From assembly GCA_024403095.1 (NCBI GenBank), contig JAKSSN010000001.1, positions 1-42,191 on the forward strand: DNA of 42,191 nucleotides. Reading direction: 5' to 3'. The DNA comes from Oscillospiraceae bacterium. GTDB taxonomy: Bacteria > Bacillota > Clostridia > Oscillospirales > Oscillospiraceae. Shown here piece by piece: positions 1 through 9,395 of the stretch. The translations under genes were made by a program, and so were the position numbers. The notes under the pieces are model-generated. The model was not told where the DNA came from and ran no database searches. It was given only the letters and a program-made list of their open reading frames with translations. The first letter of the stretch is position 1, and the number at the start of each line of letters is the position of its first letter.

Positions 1-634
1 TGATGTTGTTGTAGATGGAACGTGCGCCGCGCAGATCCTTCTTCTTGGGGAAGCCATCAACGATAGCCTGGGTAGCGGTGGAAGCATGAACGGTGGTCAT
101 GAGGCCTTCGATGATGCCGAAGTTGTCGTTGATAACCTTTGCCATAGGAGCAAGGCAGTTGGTGGTGCAGGAAGCGTTGGAAACGAACTGCATGTCAGGA
201 GTGTACTTGTCGAGGTTGACGCCGCAAACGAACATCGGAGTGTCGTCCTTTGCAGGGCCAGACATGATGACAACCTTTGCGCCTGCATCGATGTGAGCCT
301 GTGCCTTTTCCTTGGTCAGGTAAACGCCAGTGCACTCGAGAACGTACTCAACACCCAGCTCGCCCCAGGGCAGAGTGGAAGCATCACGGTAGCTCTTGTC
401 GGAGAGGATCTTAACGGTCTTGCCGTTAACGGTGATGGTGCTGGCTTCGTCATCAGCGGTGACGGTGCCATCGAAACGGCCGTGAACGGAGTCATACTTT
501 ACGCAGTATGCAACATGGCTTGCGGGATGATTCGGAGCGCTGATGGCTACGACTTCGACGTCATCAGACTTGATAGCTGCGCGGAATGCGAGGCTGCCGA
601 TACGGCCGAAGCCATTGATAGCAATTTTGATCAT
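1..634 (-). CDS. gap: glyceraldehyde-3-phosphate dehydrogenase, N-terminal ~211 codons (3' end runs off the left window edge)
   Basis: Absent from the ORF track because there is no stop codon in the window. Reverse complement from ATG (634..632) reads [20 protein letters not shown] (NAD-binding GxGxxG) and continues through [18 protein letters not shown] (catalytic Cys motif). GGAGG lies at 645-649. The listed + ORF 86..640 is its antisense shadow. Confidence 0.93.
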   Translation of the reverse strand, partial: MIKIAINGFGRIGSLAFRAAIKSDDVEVVAISAPNHPASHVAYCVKYDSVHGRFDGTVTADDEASTITVNGKTVKILSDKSYRDASTLPWGELGVEYVLECTGVYLTKEKAQAHIDAGAKVVIMSGPAKDDTPMFVCGVNLDKYTPDMQFVSNASCTTNCLAPMAKVINDNFGIIEGLMTTVHASTATQAIVDGFPKKKDLRGARSIYNNI

Positions 635-794
635 TGGTAATTATCCTCCAAAAAAAATATTAACGGATTCCTTTTGGGCGGGCGCCTACCCGTCCTGTTG
701 GAATATTATCATACTTTCACTAGAAAAATCAATATAAGAACGCGCTTTTTTCCGTTATTAAAATGCCGAAAATGCCACAAAATGCAGTGCAGTT

Positions 795-2300
795 TCAGGC
801 TTTATGTTGTGTATTTTGTCGATAATTCTTATAAAAGATATCTATATCTGCTTTTTTACTGCAGGTGTCCTCAATGTTTTGGATATACTCCAGGGGATAT
901 TTGGGTTCCACGATGCGATCATTGCGCTGCCCATCCGTTCGAATGAGTTTTGTGGAGCCTCCGCCGCCCATGGCAATTATGCTGCACAGCTCTTCCATTA
1001 TGCAGATATTATAAAGGTTCGTATAGCCCTCTTTCGTCCAGCCAACATTTTCGAACCCGCCTGACATATATTTCTGCCGGTAGAGATAATAGGGAAAATA
1101 CCCCGCTTGGCTCAGTTTTTCACCCGCATAATCCAGCATAGCAGCAACATCAGCCGCGGTTGGCAGAGCAGTTCCCTCCAGCGTGATGCGTGAGCCTTTT
1201 TTCAGCGACAAAGTGTGTACAGTGATGTTTTCCACATCCATTGAAAGGACTGTGTCAATGGTCCGGCAAAAACCATCCACATCGTCTGTCGGCAGACCAG
1301 CGATCAGATCCATATTCACTGCAAAACCACCTACCCGGCGTACGATCTCAAGGGCATCGCAAATATCCTGAGCAGAATGACGGCGGCCGATCGCATTCAG
1401 CACGCTGTCACGCATGGTCTGGGGATTCACGCTGATTCGGTCAACTCCATAAGAACGCAAAACCTTAAGCTTATCCTCTGTGATCGTATCCGGCCGGCCG
1501 GCTTCCACTGTGTATTCCTTGACGCTGGAAAGATCAAAGCATTCCTTCAGCTTTCCGCACAGCCTTTCAAGCTGTGCCGCCGAAAGAGTAGTTGGAGTGC
1601 CGCCGCCCATATAGATTGAGATCACTCTTAGTCCGTTTGCTTTCACATGAGCAGCCGTACATTCAATTTCACGGAGCAGTGCATCCAGGAATGGTTCCAT
1701 GAGCTTCATGCTCTTTTCCACCGAGGCGCTGACAAAGCTGCAGTATGCGCAGCGTGTTGGGCAAAAAGGAATACCTACATAAAGGCAAATGTCATTGGGC
1801 AAGAGTGAGGCCTCTGCCTGCAGCGTTGCCCTTGTGGCAGCACGGCACAGCTCGGCGCGCTCAGGGCTTACGTCATACTCCGAAATAAAATGCCGCACAG
1901 CAGCCGCTTCGTCCATTCCCCCATTCAGAAAGCCGCGGTATATTTTGCCGGGGCGAACTCCCGTTAAGGCTCCCCATGCAGGCTTTTTTATGCCGGAGGT
2001 AAGGAATGCGCGATACATTGCATTTTTTATAATGCGCTGGCAATGCCTGTCTGTCTGTACGGAGTCAGAAAGGAATTGCTGCTTAACCGCTGAACGGCCT
2101 GCATAAGATTTGCCTCCGCAGACCATACGGCAGCTTGCCGTTACATAAATATTACCCCTGCTCAGATGAACTTCAATACGGTCTCCCATCGGCTTTCCGT
2201 CTGGATATTCGGGTTTTTCTCCGGGCAGCATGGTAAACAGCATCTGCTCTACCGCATAGCGGTAGTCATGGCCAAATAAATACAGTTTCACAGCATTCAT
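795..2300 (-). CDS. hemZ: radical-SAM coproporphyrinogen-dehydrogenase-like protein (HemZ/HemN family)
   Basis: 501-aa ORF. Radical-SAM CxxxCxxC motif in GIPFCPTRCAYCSF. It is preceded by a ~170-aa N-terminal extension (GHDYRYAVEQMLF...) typical of HemZ-type members. Confidence 0.8.
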   Translation of the reverse strand: MNAVKLYLFGHDYRYAVEQMLFTMLPGEKPEYPDGKPMGDRIEVHLSRGNIYVTASCRMVCGGKSYAGRSAVKQQFLSDSVQTDRHCQRIIKNAMYRAFLTSGIKKPAWGALTGVRPGKIYRGFLNGGMDEAAAVRHFISEYDVSPERAELCRAATRATLQAEASLLPNDICLYVGIPFCPTRCAYCSFVSASVEKSMKLMEPFLDALLREIECTAAHVKANGLRVISIYMGGGTPTTLSAAQLERLCGKLKECFDLSSVKEYTVEAGRPDTITEDKLKVLRSYGVDRISVNPQTMRDSVLNAIGRRHSAQDICDALEIVRRVGGFAVNMDLIAGLPTDDVDGFCRTIDTVLSMDVENITVHTLSLKKGSRITLEGTALPTAADVAAMLDYAGEKLSQAGYFPYYLYRQKYMSGGFENVGWTKEGYTNLYNICIMEELCSIIAMGGGGSTKLIRTDGQRNDRIVEPKYPLEYIQNIEDTCSKKADIDIFYKNYRQNTQHKA

Positions 2301-2408
2301 TCCTCATATTGCGTAAAATAAGCACCTCAATATATCATATAAACATACAAATGCAATACGCTCGTTGTAATTTTGTAGCAAATGCCAAAGATATAACAAA
2401 AAAATTGT

Positions 2409-2437
2409 TTGATTTTTCTAAATTTTTCCTTTATACT
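2409..2437 (+). promoter_or_regulatory. sigma-A-type promoter for the carD-like gene
   Basis: TTGATT (2409-2414), 17-nt spacer, TATACT (2432-2437). A perfect 7-bp inverted repeat CTATATC-n5-GATATAG (2436-2454) overlaps the -10 element and start-site region. Confidence 0.45.
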
Positions 2438-2497
2438 ATATCCATATGATATAGATTTGGGGAAATTTTGATATTAATTATTGAGGTTGAGAGATCT

Positions 2498-2986
2498 ATG
2501 TACGAAATTGGAGATAAAATTATTTATGGCGAAAGTGGTGTCTGTACGGTTGTGGAGATTGCGCCCCTCAACATAACAGGTGCTCCAAAAGATAAACTCT
2601 ATTACTACCTTTCACCTCTGGTTGGTACCGGTACATACTATACGCCGGTTGAATCCACCGCATTTATGCGTTCCCTGATCTCCCGCGATGAAGCACTTGC
2701 GCTGATTGATGCAATTCCCGGTATCGAACCCGCGATCTGCAACGACAATCGTTTCAATCATGTTGATGCATTTTATAAAGATATGTTCCGCCTGCACACG
2801 TGCGAGGCTATGGTAAGCATTATTAAAGGACTCATGCTGCGCACGCAGGACAAGAAAAGTAAAAGCAGCCGTGCTGAAGCAACCATGAAGCGTGCAAAAG
2901 ATATCCTTCACGGCGAACTTTCTGTAGCTTTAGATATCGATTTTAAAGACGTGGAGCCGTTTATCCGTGAGCGCATTGGTGCCTGA
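2498..2986 (+). CDS. CarD/CdnL-family RNA-polymerase-binding transcription factor
   Basis: N-terminus MYEIGDKIIYGESGVCTVVEI matches the CarD_CdnL_TRCF Tudor-like domain pattern. The ATG at 2498 follows GAGGTTGAGAG. The track ORF begins 30 nt earlier at 2468. Confidence 0.75.
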   Translation: MYEIGDKIIYGESGVCTVVEIAPLNITGAPKDKLYYYLSPLVGTGTYYTPVESTAFMRSLISRDEALALIDAIPGIEPAICNDNRFNHVDAFYKDMFRLHTCEAMVSIIKGLMLRTQDKKSKSSRAEATMKRAKDILHGELSVALDIDFKDVEPFIRERIGA

Positions 2987-3010
2987 CACAAATTTATACG
3001 GTTATGTACA

Positions 3011-3046
3011 AAACGCAGATCCCTTTGGATCTGCGTTTTATTTTTT
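3011..3046. terminator. bidirectional intrinsic terminator between the carD-like gene and ispE
   Basis: 12-bp stem AAACGCAGATCC / GGATCTGCGTTT with a 4-nt loop. It is flanked by an A-run on the left and TTTTATTTTTT on the right. Confidence 0.85.
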
Positions 3047-3920
3047 ATATGCTGATCTGGTTTACCGGTACTGCCGCTGCTGCAAAGCCATATTCTGCCT
3101 TTAATGCTTTCACCAGCGCATCAACATCCATTGCATCATCTTTGAACACGCCAAATACAGCTGACCCGGTACCCGTCATGATTGCTCCAACAGCTCCGCC
3201 GTCCATCAGCCTGCTTTTTATTTCAGCAACCGTTTTCATGCGGCGGTCCTCCACATCCTCGAACACATTATACATACGGCGGCATATTTCAGGGATCGAC
3301 TGGTTCTTCAGCGCTTCGATCAGCCCCGCAGTATCCGGGTGAACGTGCGTCTTCAGACGGTCAAAACTGTTGAACAGCTCGGGAGTGGAAATAGAAAATT
3401 TAGGCTTGCAGACCACAAAGCGGCACGATGGGAAATCACAAAGGGGCGTAAGTATCTCTCCTCTTCCTTCTGCCAGGGCAGTTCCGCCCTGTACACAGAA
3501 CGCCACATCAGAGCCAACCGTTTCGGCAATTGCCAGAAGCTCTGCAGCAGAGAGCGGATCTGGTGACAGACGATTCAGCAGCCGAAGTACTGCCGCTGCA
3601 TCTGAAGACCCGCCGGCCATTCCTGCGCCAACCGGGATCCGCTTGTGTATGTACATTTTTGCGCCTAAATCTTTGCGATCGATCGTCTCGAAATACTTTT
3701 TGGCTGCTTTTACTGCCAGGTTTCTTTCGTCTGCAGGGATATACGGAAGCGTTGTATCCGCAGTGATTTTGCCATCTTCTGTTAATTCCAGTTCAATCGT
3801 ATCACACAGGCTGATGCTCTGCATGATCATCTTCATAGAATGGAATCCGTCCGAACGCTTTTCTCCAATATCAAGCGAAATATTTAATTTGGCCCATGCT
3901 GATTCTGTATGCATCTGCAT
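3045..3920 (-). CDS. ispE: 4-diphosphocytidyl-2-C-methyl-D-erythritol kinase
   Basis: AKLNISLDIG N-terminal pattern and GHMP-kinase ATP motif PVGAGMAGGSSDAAA. GGAGGTGG lies directly upstream of the ATGs at 3920 and 3914. The track start (3938) is a TTG that overlaps the upstream gene. Confidence 0.93.
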   Translation of the reverse strand: MQMHTESAWAKLNISLDIGEKRSDGFHSMKMIMQSISLCDTIELELTEDGKITADTTLPYIPADERNLAVKAAKKYFETIDRKDLGAKMYIHKRIPVGAGMAGGSSDAAAVLRLLNRLSPDPLSAAELLAIAETVGSDVAFCVQGGTALAEGRGEILTPLCDFPSCRFVVCKPKFSISTPELFNSFDRLKTHVHPDTAGLIEALKNQSIPEICRRMYNVFEDVEDRRMKTVAEIKSRLMDGGAVGAIMTGTGSAVFGVFKDDAMDVDALVKALKAEYGFAAAAVPVNQISI

Positions 3921-3930
3921 GCCACCTCCA

Positions 3931-5610
3931 TTATTCAAACAGATATACTCTCATCTCATAAGGACGGGTCGTAAAGCCATTGCCAATAACAAAATTCTGA
4001 GGATAGTTCGAAAGGACCAGCTTTCCCTCCTCCAGATCTCTGCCGCAGATATTCTCAAAACGAACACCGCTTTCTGTAAAGCTGCAGATCACCAGCAGCT
4101 TGCGGCCGTTATACTGCCGCTCATACACATAAAGCTGGTGATGCTCCGGCATGTATTCCGTGTAGCTGCCCCAAAGAGCCGCAGGCTCGTTCTTACGAAA
4201 CTCTATCAGCTTGCGATAGAAGTTCAGCATGGAATCCGGGTCTTTTTCCTGTTGGCCAACATTAATTTCGCTATAATTCGGATTCACAAAAAACCACGGT
4301 TTCTGGCGAGAAAATCCTCCGTATTTTTCATTGCTCCACTGCATAGGAGTTCGTGCATTTTCTCGTGAGCTTTTCTGGATTCGGCTGAGGACCTGCTTTT
4401 TGGGCATAATATGCGAAAGGATGCGTGCCATATTATGGGTATTCACGTCCTGATACATATCCAGACGAGGAAGGGAAATATTCAGCATGCCGATCTCCTG
4501 CCCCTGGTAGATGAAAGGAGTCCCCTTCTGCAGCATATACATAGCAGCAAGCATCTTTCCGCTTTCGTTCCGGTACTCCTCGCTTCCGTAGCGGCTGATG
4601 ATCCTCGGGTGGTCATGATTCTCAATATACAAAGCGTTCCAGGCCTTCCCTTCCAGCTTTGACTGCCATTCGGAGAATGCTTTTTTCATTTTCACAAGAT
4701 TAAACGGCCGCTGGATCATATCCGTCATAAAGCAATCCGCTTCCATGTGTGAAAATGCGATCATTTCGTCCATTACCTTGTTGGGGCCCTCTGCAATGTA
4801 CTGTAATGCCGTTTCAGCATCGGTCATGGGGCTTTCGCCAACCGTGAAGCAGTCATACCTGCTGAATACATCACGTTTAAACTCACTTAGATAATGATGC
4901 ACTGCCGGCTGGTTGGAATAATATCTGCTGCCATTTGCAATTGGAATTTTGGGGTAGCTGTCGGGCATTCCGGGCGCTTTTCCAATAAAGGTGATAACAT
5001 CCTCACGAAAACCATCTACGCCCATATCCAGCCAAAAGCAGAGAATATCCTTAATTTCCTTTCGAACTTTGGGATTTGCCATGTTCAGATCCGGTTGCTT
5101 CTTGGCAAACAGATGCAGATAGTACTGGTCTACTTTCTCATCATACTCCCAGGCATCTCCCTCGAAAAGCGATGTCCAGTTATTGGGAGGCAGATGCTTC
5201 CTGCCTTTCTTTTTACCATCTTTCCAGTAGTAATAATCGTGGTAGGGATTCTCCCGTCCTTTTCTGCTCTCTTTGAACCAGGGATGCTGATCCGAAGTGT
5301 GGTTGATCACAAGGTCCATAAACACGCGCATACCGCGTTCATGTGCCCCGTCAAGCACTTGCTGAAAAACCTGCAGGTTACCGAAGTCAGGATGAATATT
5401 CTTATAATCAGAGATATCATAACCCCAGTCTGCATTGGGTGAAGCATAAATGGGAGAAAACCAGATGGCATCCGCACCAAGACTTTTGATATAGTCCAGC
5501 TTGCTCAGAACGCCCCAAAGATCCCCAATTCCATCGCCATTGCCATCGCAGAAGCTTCGGGTCCAAATCTGATAGACTACCATATTTTTATACCAGTCAG
5601 AAAATGCCAT
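3931..5610 (-). CDS. glycoside hydrolase family 13 alpha-glucosidase / oligo-1,6-glucosidase-like
   Basis: GH13 conserved regions are present: DLVINHTS, GVDGFREDV, FTVGESP, IENHDHPR. N-terminus is YQIWTRSFCDGNGDGIGDL. SD GGGAGGGTG lies upstream of the ATG. Confidence 0.9.
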   Translation of the reverse strand: MAFSDWYKNMVVYQIWTRSFCDGNGDGIGDLWGVLSKLDYIKSLGADAIWFSPIYASPNADWGYDISDYKNIHPDFGNLQVFQQVLDGAHERGMRVFMDLVINHTSDQHPWFKESRKGRENPYHDYYYWKDGKKKGRKHLPPNNWTSLFEGDAWEYDEKVDQYYLHLFAKKQPDLNMANPKVRKEIKDILCFWLDMGVDGFREDVITFIGKAPGMPDSYPKIPIANGSRYYSNQPAVHHYLSEFKRDVFSRYDCFTVGESPMTDAETALQYIAEGPNKVMDEMIAFSHMEADCFMTDMIQRPFNLVKMKKAFSEWQSKLEGKAWNALYIENHDHPRIISRYGSEEYRNESGKMLAAMYMLQKGTPFIYQGQEIGMLNISLPRLDMYQDVNTHNMARILSHIMPKKQVLSRIQKSSRENARTPMQWSNEKYGGFSRQKPWFFVNPNYSEINVGQQEKDPDSMLNFYRKLIEFRKNEPAALWGSYTEYMPEHHQLYVYERQYNGRKLLVICSFTESGVRFENICGRDLEEGKLVLSNYPQNFVIGNGFTTRPYEMRVYLFE

Positions 5611-5745
5611 TGCGTCACCCTCCCTGTCAGTAATAATCTAGTTTATATTATATACCCTCGATAGGGATTTGTCTTGCCTATTCCCTCTTTTTATTTTAGA
5701 ATGTTTAACAAAGCAGCAGGGATGAATTCTGAAAGGAGTCCGTTC

Positions 5746-7236
5746 ATGAAATATATTATGGCACTGGATCAGGGAACTACCAGTTCCCGCTGCATTCTTT
5801 TTGACAAAGCCGGAAACATCTGTGCAAGTGCTCAGAAGGAATTTCGTCAGTATTTTCCTCAGCCGGGATGGGTTGAGCATAACGCTATGGAAATCTGGGC
5901 AGTCACTCTGGAGGTCTCCCGCACGGCCATGGATAAACTGGGCGTAAGCGCAGCTGATATTGCAGCCATTGGCATCACAAACCAGCGCGAAACCACGATC
6001 TTATGGGATAAACGCACCGGGGAGCCAATAGCAAACGCAATCGTATGGCAATGCCGCCGCACAGCCGGAATTATTGACGATATCGTTGCACGAGGATGGA
6101 CGACAAAAATACGCAGCAAAACCGGTCTGGTTCCCGACGCATATTTCTCGGGCAGTAAGATCAAATGGCTTTTGGATAACACCCCTGGGGCTCGTGAGGC
6201 TGCGGCCGATGGCAATATTCTGTTTGGAACCGTAGATACCTGGCTGATCTGGAAGCTTACCGGCGGCAAGGTTCATGTCACCGACTACACCAATGCCAGC
6301 CGCACCATGCTGTTTAATATTCACAGCCTCTGCTGGGATCAGGATCTTTTGGACCTTTTTGACATTCCCGCGTCAATTTTGCCCGAAGTTCGCCCAAGCA
6401 GCTGTGTTTACGGTACCACTGACTTTGAGCATTATAACGGAGAGATCCCCATCGCAGGTGCAGCCGGCGACCAGCAGGCAGCTTTATTTGGCCAGTGCTG
6501 CTTTCATCCCGGCGAGATGAAAAACACTTATGGAACCGGCTGTTTTCTTTTGATGAATACCGGGCGAAAAGCCGTTTCTTCCGCAAACGGGCTTGTAACC
6601 ACCATAGCTGTTGGCTTTGAGGATCATGTGCAATATGCACTGGAAGGCAGCATTTTTATGGCTGGTGCAGCCGTTCAATGGCTTCGCGACGAGCTGAAGG
6701 TAATTTCCACTGCCGCAGAAAGCAGTGAGTTTGTAAAAGCCGTAGAGGATACCGCTGGTGCCTATGTGGTTCCTGCTTTTGCAGGGCTTGGCGCCCCCTA
6801 CTGGAACCAGCACGCACGCGGCACGATCGTTGGTCTTACCCGCGGATTTAATCGCGCACATCTGGTACGAGCAACACTGGAATCGATTGCATACCAGACA
6901 TACGATATCTGCAAAGCAATGGCAGAAGACAGCGGGCTTGCGGTTGCAGGGCTGCGTGTAGATGGCGGCGCATGTGCAAACGATTTTCTGATGCAGTTTC
7001 AAAGCGATCTGCTGCGCTGCGAAGTTCATCGCCCGCGCTGCATCGAAACCACTGCCCTTGGCGCTGCTTACCTTGCCGGGCTTGCTGTAAAATACTGGGA
7101 CAGCATTGACGACATAAAAGGCAACTGGGCCATTGAACGTGTATTTACGCCCGAAATGCCCGAAGAAATCAAAACACAAAAAATAAAAGGCTGGCAAAAA
7201 GCAGTTCGCTGCGCGTTGGCCTGGTCAGAGGATTAA
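5746..7236 (+). CDS. glpK: glycerol kinase
   Basis: [30 protein letters not shown] and [10 protein letters not shown] are FGGY-kinase / GlpK signatures. The ATG at 5746 is preceded by GAAAGGAG. The track ORF starts 72 nt earlier without an SD. Confidence 0.95.
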   Translation: MKYIMALDQGTTSSRCILFDKAGNICASAQKEFRQYFPQPGWVEHNAMEIWAVTLEVSRTAMDKLGVSAADIAAIGITNQRETTILWDKRTGEPIANAIVWQCRRTAGIIDDIVARGWTTKIRSKTGLVPDAYFSGSKIKWLLDNTPGAREAAADGNILFGTVDTWLIWKLTGGKVHVTDYTNASRTMLFNIHSLCWDQDLLDLFDIPASILPEVRPSSCVYGTTDFEHYNGEIPIAGAAGDQQAALFGQCCFHPGEMKNTYGTGCFLLMNTGRKAVSSANGLVTTIAVGFEDHVQYALEGSIFMAGAAVQWLRDELKVISTAAESSEFVKAVEDTAGAYVVPAFAGLGAPYWNQHARGTIVGLTRGFNRAHLVRATLESIAYQTYDICKAMAEDSGLAVAGLRVDGGACANDFLMQFQSDLLRCEVHRPRCIETTALGAAYLAGLAVKYWDSIDDIKGNWAIERVFTPEMPEEIKTQKIKGWQKAVRCALAWSED

Positions 7237-7238
7237 AT

Positions 7239-8057
7239 ATGAACTACGAAAAACTGAAAGCCTGCGAGTTATTCCTGTTTGATATGGATGGAACGCTCTA
7301 TCTGGGCGATAATGTATTTCCCGGAGCTGTTGAGCTTATGGAAGCCTTGCCGGGTCTGGGGAAAAAATATATTTATCTTACCAATAATTCTTCCCGCGCC
7401 GGTGCAGACTATGTTACCCGCCTGCAAAAAATGGGGTTCCCATGCTCAGCAGAAAATGTGTTCACCAGCGGAATGGCAACTGCTTCATATCTCAAGCAGT
7501 TTCACCCGGGCCAAACCGTATACCTGGCTGGAACAAAAGCCTTTTACCGTGAACTGTACAATTACGGAATAAAGCTTGTAAATGATGAAAATGGTCATAC
7601 CGAAGCACAGGCGGCAGATGTTGTTGTTCAGGGCTTTGATACCGAGCTTGTTTATGAAAAGCTGAATAAAGCATGTCATTTTCTGCGCCGCGGCAGCGAA
7701 TTCATCGCTGCTAACCCGGATTGGGTCTGCCCTATGCCTGAAGACGAAGTTCTTCCCGACTGCGGCAGCATCTGTGCTCTTTTAACCGCGTCCAGCGGCG
7801 TAGAGCCAAAATTCATTGGCAAGCCAAATCGCCGCATGGTCGACCTGATCTCTTCTATGACGGGTATTCCGAATGACAAAATCTGCTGTGTTGGTGACCG
7901 CCTTTACACAGACATAGCGGTTGCACAAAACGCAGGGGCCGTTTCCGTACTGGTTATGAGTGGCGAAACTGACGAAAACATGCTTCGAGAAGCAGAACGG
8001 CGCCCCGATTATGTTCTTTCAGATGTAGATGAACTGCATACGATCCTAAAACAGTAA
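7239..8057 (+). CDS. HAD-superfamily subfamily IIA hydrolase (NagD/YutF-like sugar-phosphate or glycerol-phosphate phosphatase)
   Basis: DxDGT nucleophile motif in FLFDMDGTLY, then LTNNSS, GKP and VGDRLYTDI motifs. The start is 2 nt after the glpK stop, with AGAGGA upstream. Confidence 0.85.
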   Translation: MNYEKLKACELFLFDMDGTLYLGDNVFPGAVELMEALPGLGKKYIYLTNNSSRAGADYVTRLQKMGFPCSAENVFTSGMATASYLKQFHPGQTVYLAGTKAFYRELYNYGIKLVNDENGHTEAQAADVVVQGFDTELVYEKLNKACHFLRRGSEFIAANPDWVCPMPEDEVLPDCGSICALLTASSGVEPKFIGKPNRRMVDLISSMTGIPNDKICCVGDRLYTDIAVAQNAGAVSVLVMSGETDENMLREAERRPDYVLSDVDELHTILKQ

Positions 8058-8063
8058 AAAACA

Positions 8064-8103
8064 GCAGAGCGACAGGCAGTTTGCCTGTCGCTCTGCATAT
8101 TTA
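8064..8103 (+). terminator. intrinsic terminator after the glpK / HAD-IIA pair
   Basis: 14-bp perfect stem GCAGAGCGACAGGC / GCCTGTCGCTCTGC with a 5-nt loop. It is followed by a weak T tract (ATATTT). Confidence 0.7.
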
Positions 8104-8110
8104 AGAAACA

Positions 8111-8143
8111 AAAAAACGATTCGAATTAATCGAATCGTTTTTT
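8111..8143 (-). terminator. intrinsic terminator after rplT (symmetric, A-run/T-run flanked)
   Basis: AAAAAACGATTCGA / TCGAATCGTTTTTT hairpin lies 8 nt beyond the rplT stop. Confidence 0.85.
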
Positions 8144-8150
8144 TAATGAT

Positions 8151-8510
8151 TTACTTGTTCAGAGCTGCCTTTGCAGTTTCGCACAGCTTGGTGAAAGCTG
8201 CTGCGTCGTGGATAGCAGTCTCAGACAGCATCTTGCGGTTCATGTCGATACCAGCAGTCTTCAGGCCGTGCATGAAGGTGGAGTAATTCATACCATTCAT
8301 CTTGCAGCCTGCGCTGATACGGGTGATCCACAGCTGGCGATAGTCTCTCTTCTTCTGCTTGCGACCAACATATGCGTAACGGCCGGACTTCATCAGCTGC
8401 TCATTAGCCATCTTATAGTGACGGGACTTGTTGCCCCAGTAGCCCTTTGCAAGACCAAGAATTTTGTTTCTGTGCTTGCGGGTCATCATTGCGCCTTTAA
8501 CTCTTGCCAT
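8151..8510 (-). CDS. rplT: 50S ribosomal protein L20
   Basis: [26 protein letters not shown] is a canonical L20 N-terminus. AGGAGG lies upstream. Confidence 0.97.
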   Translation of the reverse strand: MARVKGAMMTRKHRNKILGLAKGYWGNKSRHYKMANEQLMKSGRYAYVGRKQKKRDYRQLWITRISAGCKMNGMNYSTFMHGLKTAGIDMNRKMLSETAIHDAAAFTKLCETAKAALNK

Positions 8511-8547
8511 TTGTTATTATCCTCCTATTACAAACTGCAGCCCTTAA

Positions 8548-8745
8548 TTATTTGTAAGGGATCATTTTCTTGATGGTAGCCTCGGTTGTCGAATCAGCGT
8601 AAGTGGTGGTACGCAGACGACGGCAACGCTTGGTGTCCTTCTTGGTGAGGATATGGCTCTTAAATGCGTGTGCGCGTTTTACTTTGCCAGACTTGGTGAG
8701 ATTGAATCTTTTCTTTGCACCGCTGTGGGATTTCAGTTTGGGCAT
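8548..8745 (-). CDS. rpmI: 50S ribosomal protein L35
   Basis: [36 protein letters not shown], 65 aa. The track ORF (to 8964) is an artefactual upstream extension into the infC tail. Confidence 0.95.
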   Translation of the reverse strand: MPKLKSHSGAKKRFNLTKSGKVKRAHAFKSHILTKKDTKRCRRLRTTTYADSTTEATIKKMIPYK

Positions 8746-8800
8746 GACTGTTTTCTCCTTCCATAGTGGATCTACAGGTGTTAACCTGTTTACTACTGTT

Positions 8801-9394
8801 TTACTTTTCTTCCTCAGCTGCCGCAGCAGGAGCCTTGGGAGCTTTGGGTTTTGCAGGTTTCTTTGCCGGAGTCGTGGGTTTGGGGGAAAGGAACATTGAC
8901 ATGTTGCGGCCTTCCAGCTTGGGAGCTTTATCAACCTGTGCAACATCTGCACAACCTTCCGCATACTGATTCAGAAGTTCGGTTCCGATCTCGGTATGTG
9001 CCATTTCACGGCCGCGGAATCTGACGCTGACTTTGACTCTGTCGCCATCCGCAAGGAACTTTTTTCCGGTTTTCAGCTTTGTGTTGAAATCGTTGGTGTC
9101 GATACCGGGAGACATACGAATCTCCTTGACTTCGATCACATGCTGGTTTTTCTTTGCTTCCTTTTCCTTTTTGCCCTGTTCATAACGGAACTTGTTGTAG
9201 TCCATTACACGGCAAACAGGGGGAACTGCAGCCGGTGCGATCTTAACCAGGTCGAGTCCGTTTTCGTCTGCGATCTTCTGAGCGTCTTCACTGGACATGA
9301 TTCCCAGCTGCTCGCCATCAGCTCCAATCAGGCGAACTTCACTGTCGGTAATCTCTTCATTGATCTGATGATCGATGTTTGCGATGAGTAACAC
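8801..9394 (-). CDS. infC: translation initiation factor IF-3, with a non-AUG start and a Pro/Ala/Lys-rich C-terminal tail
   Basis: [23 protein letters not shown] and the IF3 C-domain are present. There is no in-frame ATG before residue 33. The GTG at 9394 overlaps the SD, and ATC at 9385..9383 sits 8 nt after GGAGG and is the more plausible start. Confidence 0.92.
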   Translation of the reverse strand: MLLIANIDHQINEEITDSEVRLIGADGEQLGIMSSEDAQKIADENGLDLVKIAPAAVPPVCRVMDYNKFRYEQGKKEKEAKKNQHVIEVKEIRMSPGIDTNDFNTKLKTGKKFLADGDRVKVSVRFRGREMAHTEIGTELLNQYAEGCADVAQVDKAPKLEGRNMSMFLSPKPTTPAKKPAKPKAPKAPAAAAEEEK

Positions 9395-9395
9395 C

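Noticed and set aside
86-640. 184-aa + strand ORF at the left edge
   Set aside because: Its composition is low-complexity, rich in Ala, Gly, Val and Asp. The opposite strand encodes an unmistakable GAPDH with an SD and catalytic motifs, so this ORF is its antisense shadow.
3370-4368. 332-aa + strand ORF
   Set aside because: It spans the junction of two well-supported minus-strand genes (ispE and the GH13 gene). It has no SD and a Ser/Ala/Ile-rich composition with no recognisable motifs. It is an antisense shadow.
5663-5697. Terminator/antiterminator-like element (AGGGA...TCCCT plus T-run) in the glpK upstream region, which would suggest GlpP-type antitermination
   Set aside because: The stem is only 5 bp with a 13-nt loop. 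The alternative pairing is 4 bp. No glpP is in the window. The segment also serves as the divergent promoter region for the GH13 gene.
8746-8964. N-terminal extension of the rpmI ORF (138-aa version)
   Set aside because: L35 is a ~65-aa protein that starts MPKLKSH with its own upstream region. The extension overlaps the infC tail in another frame.
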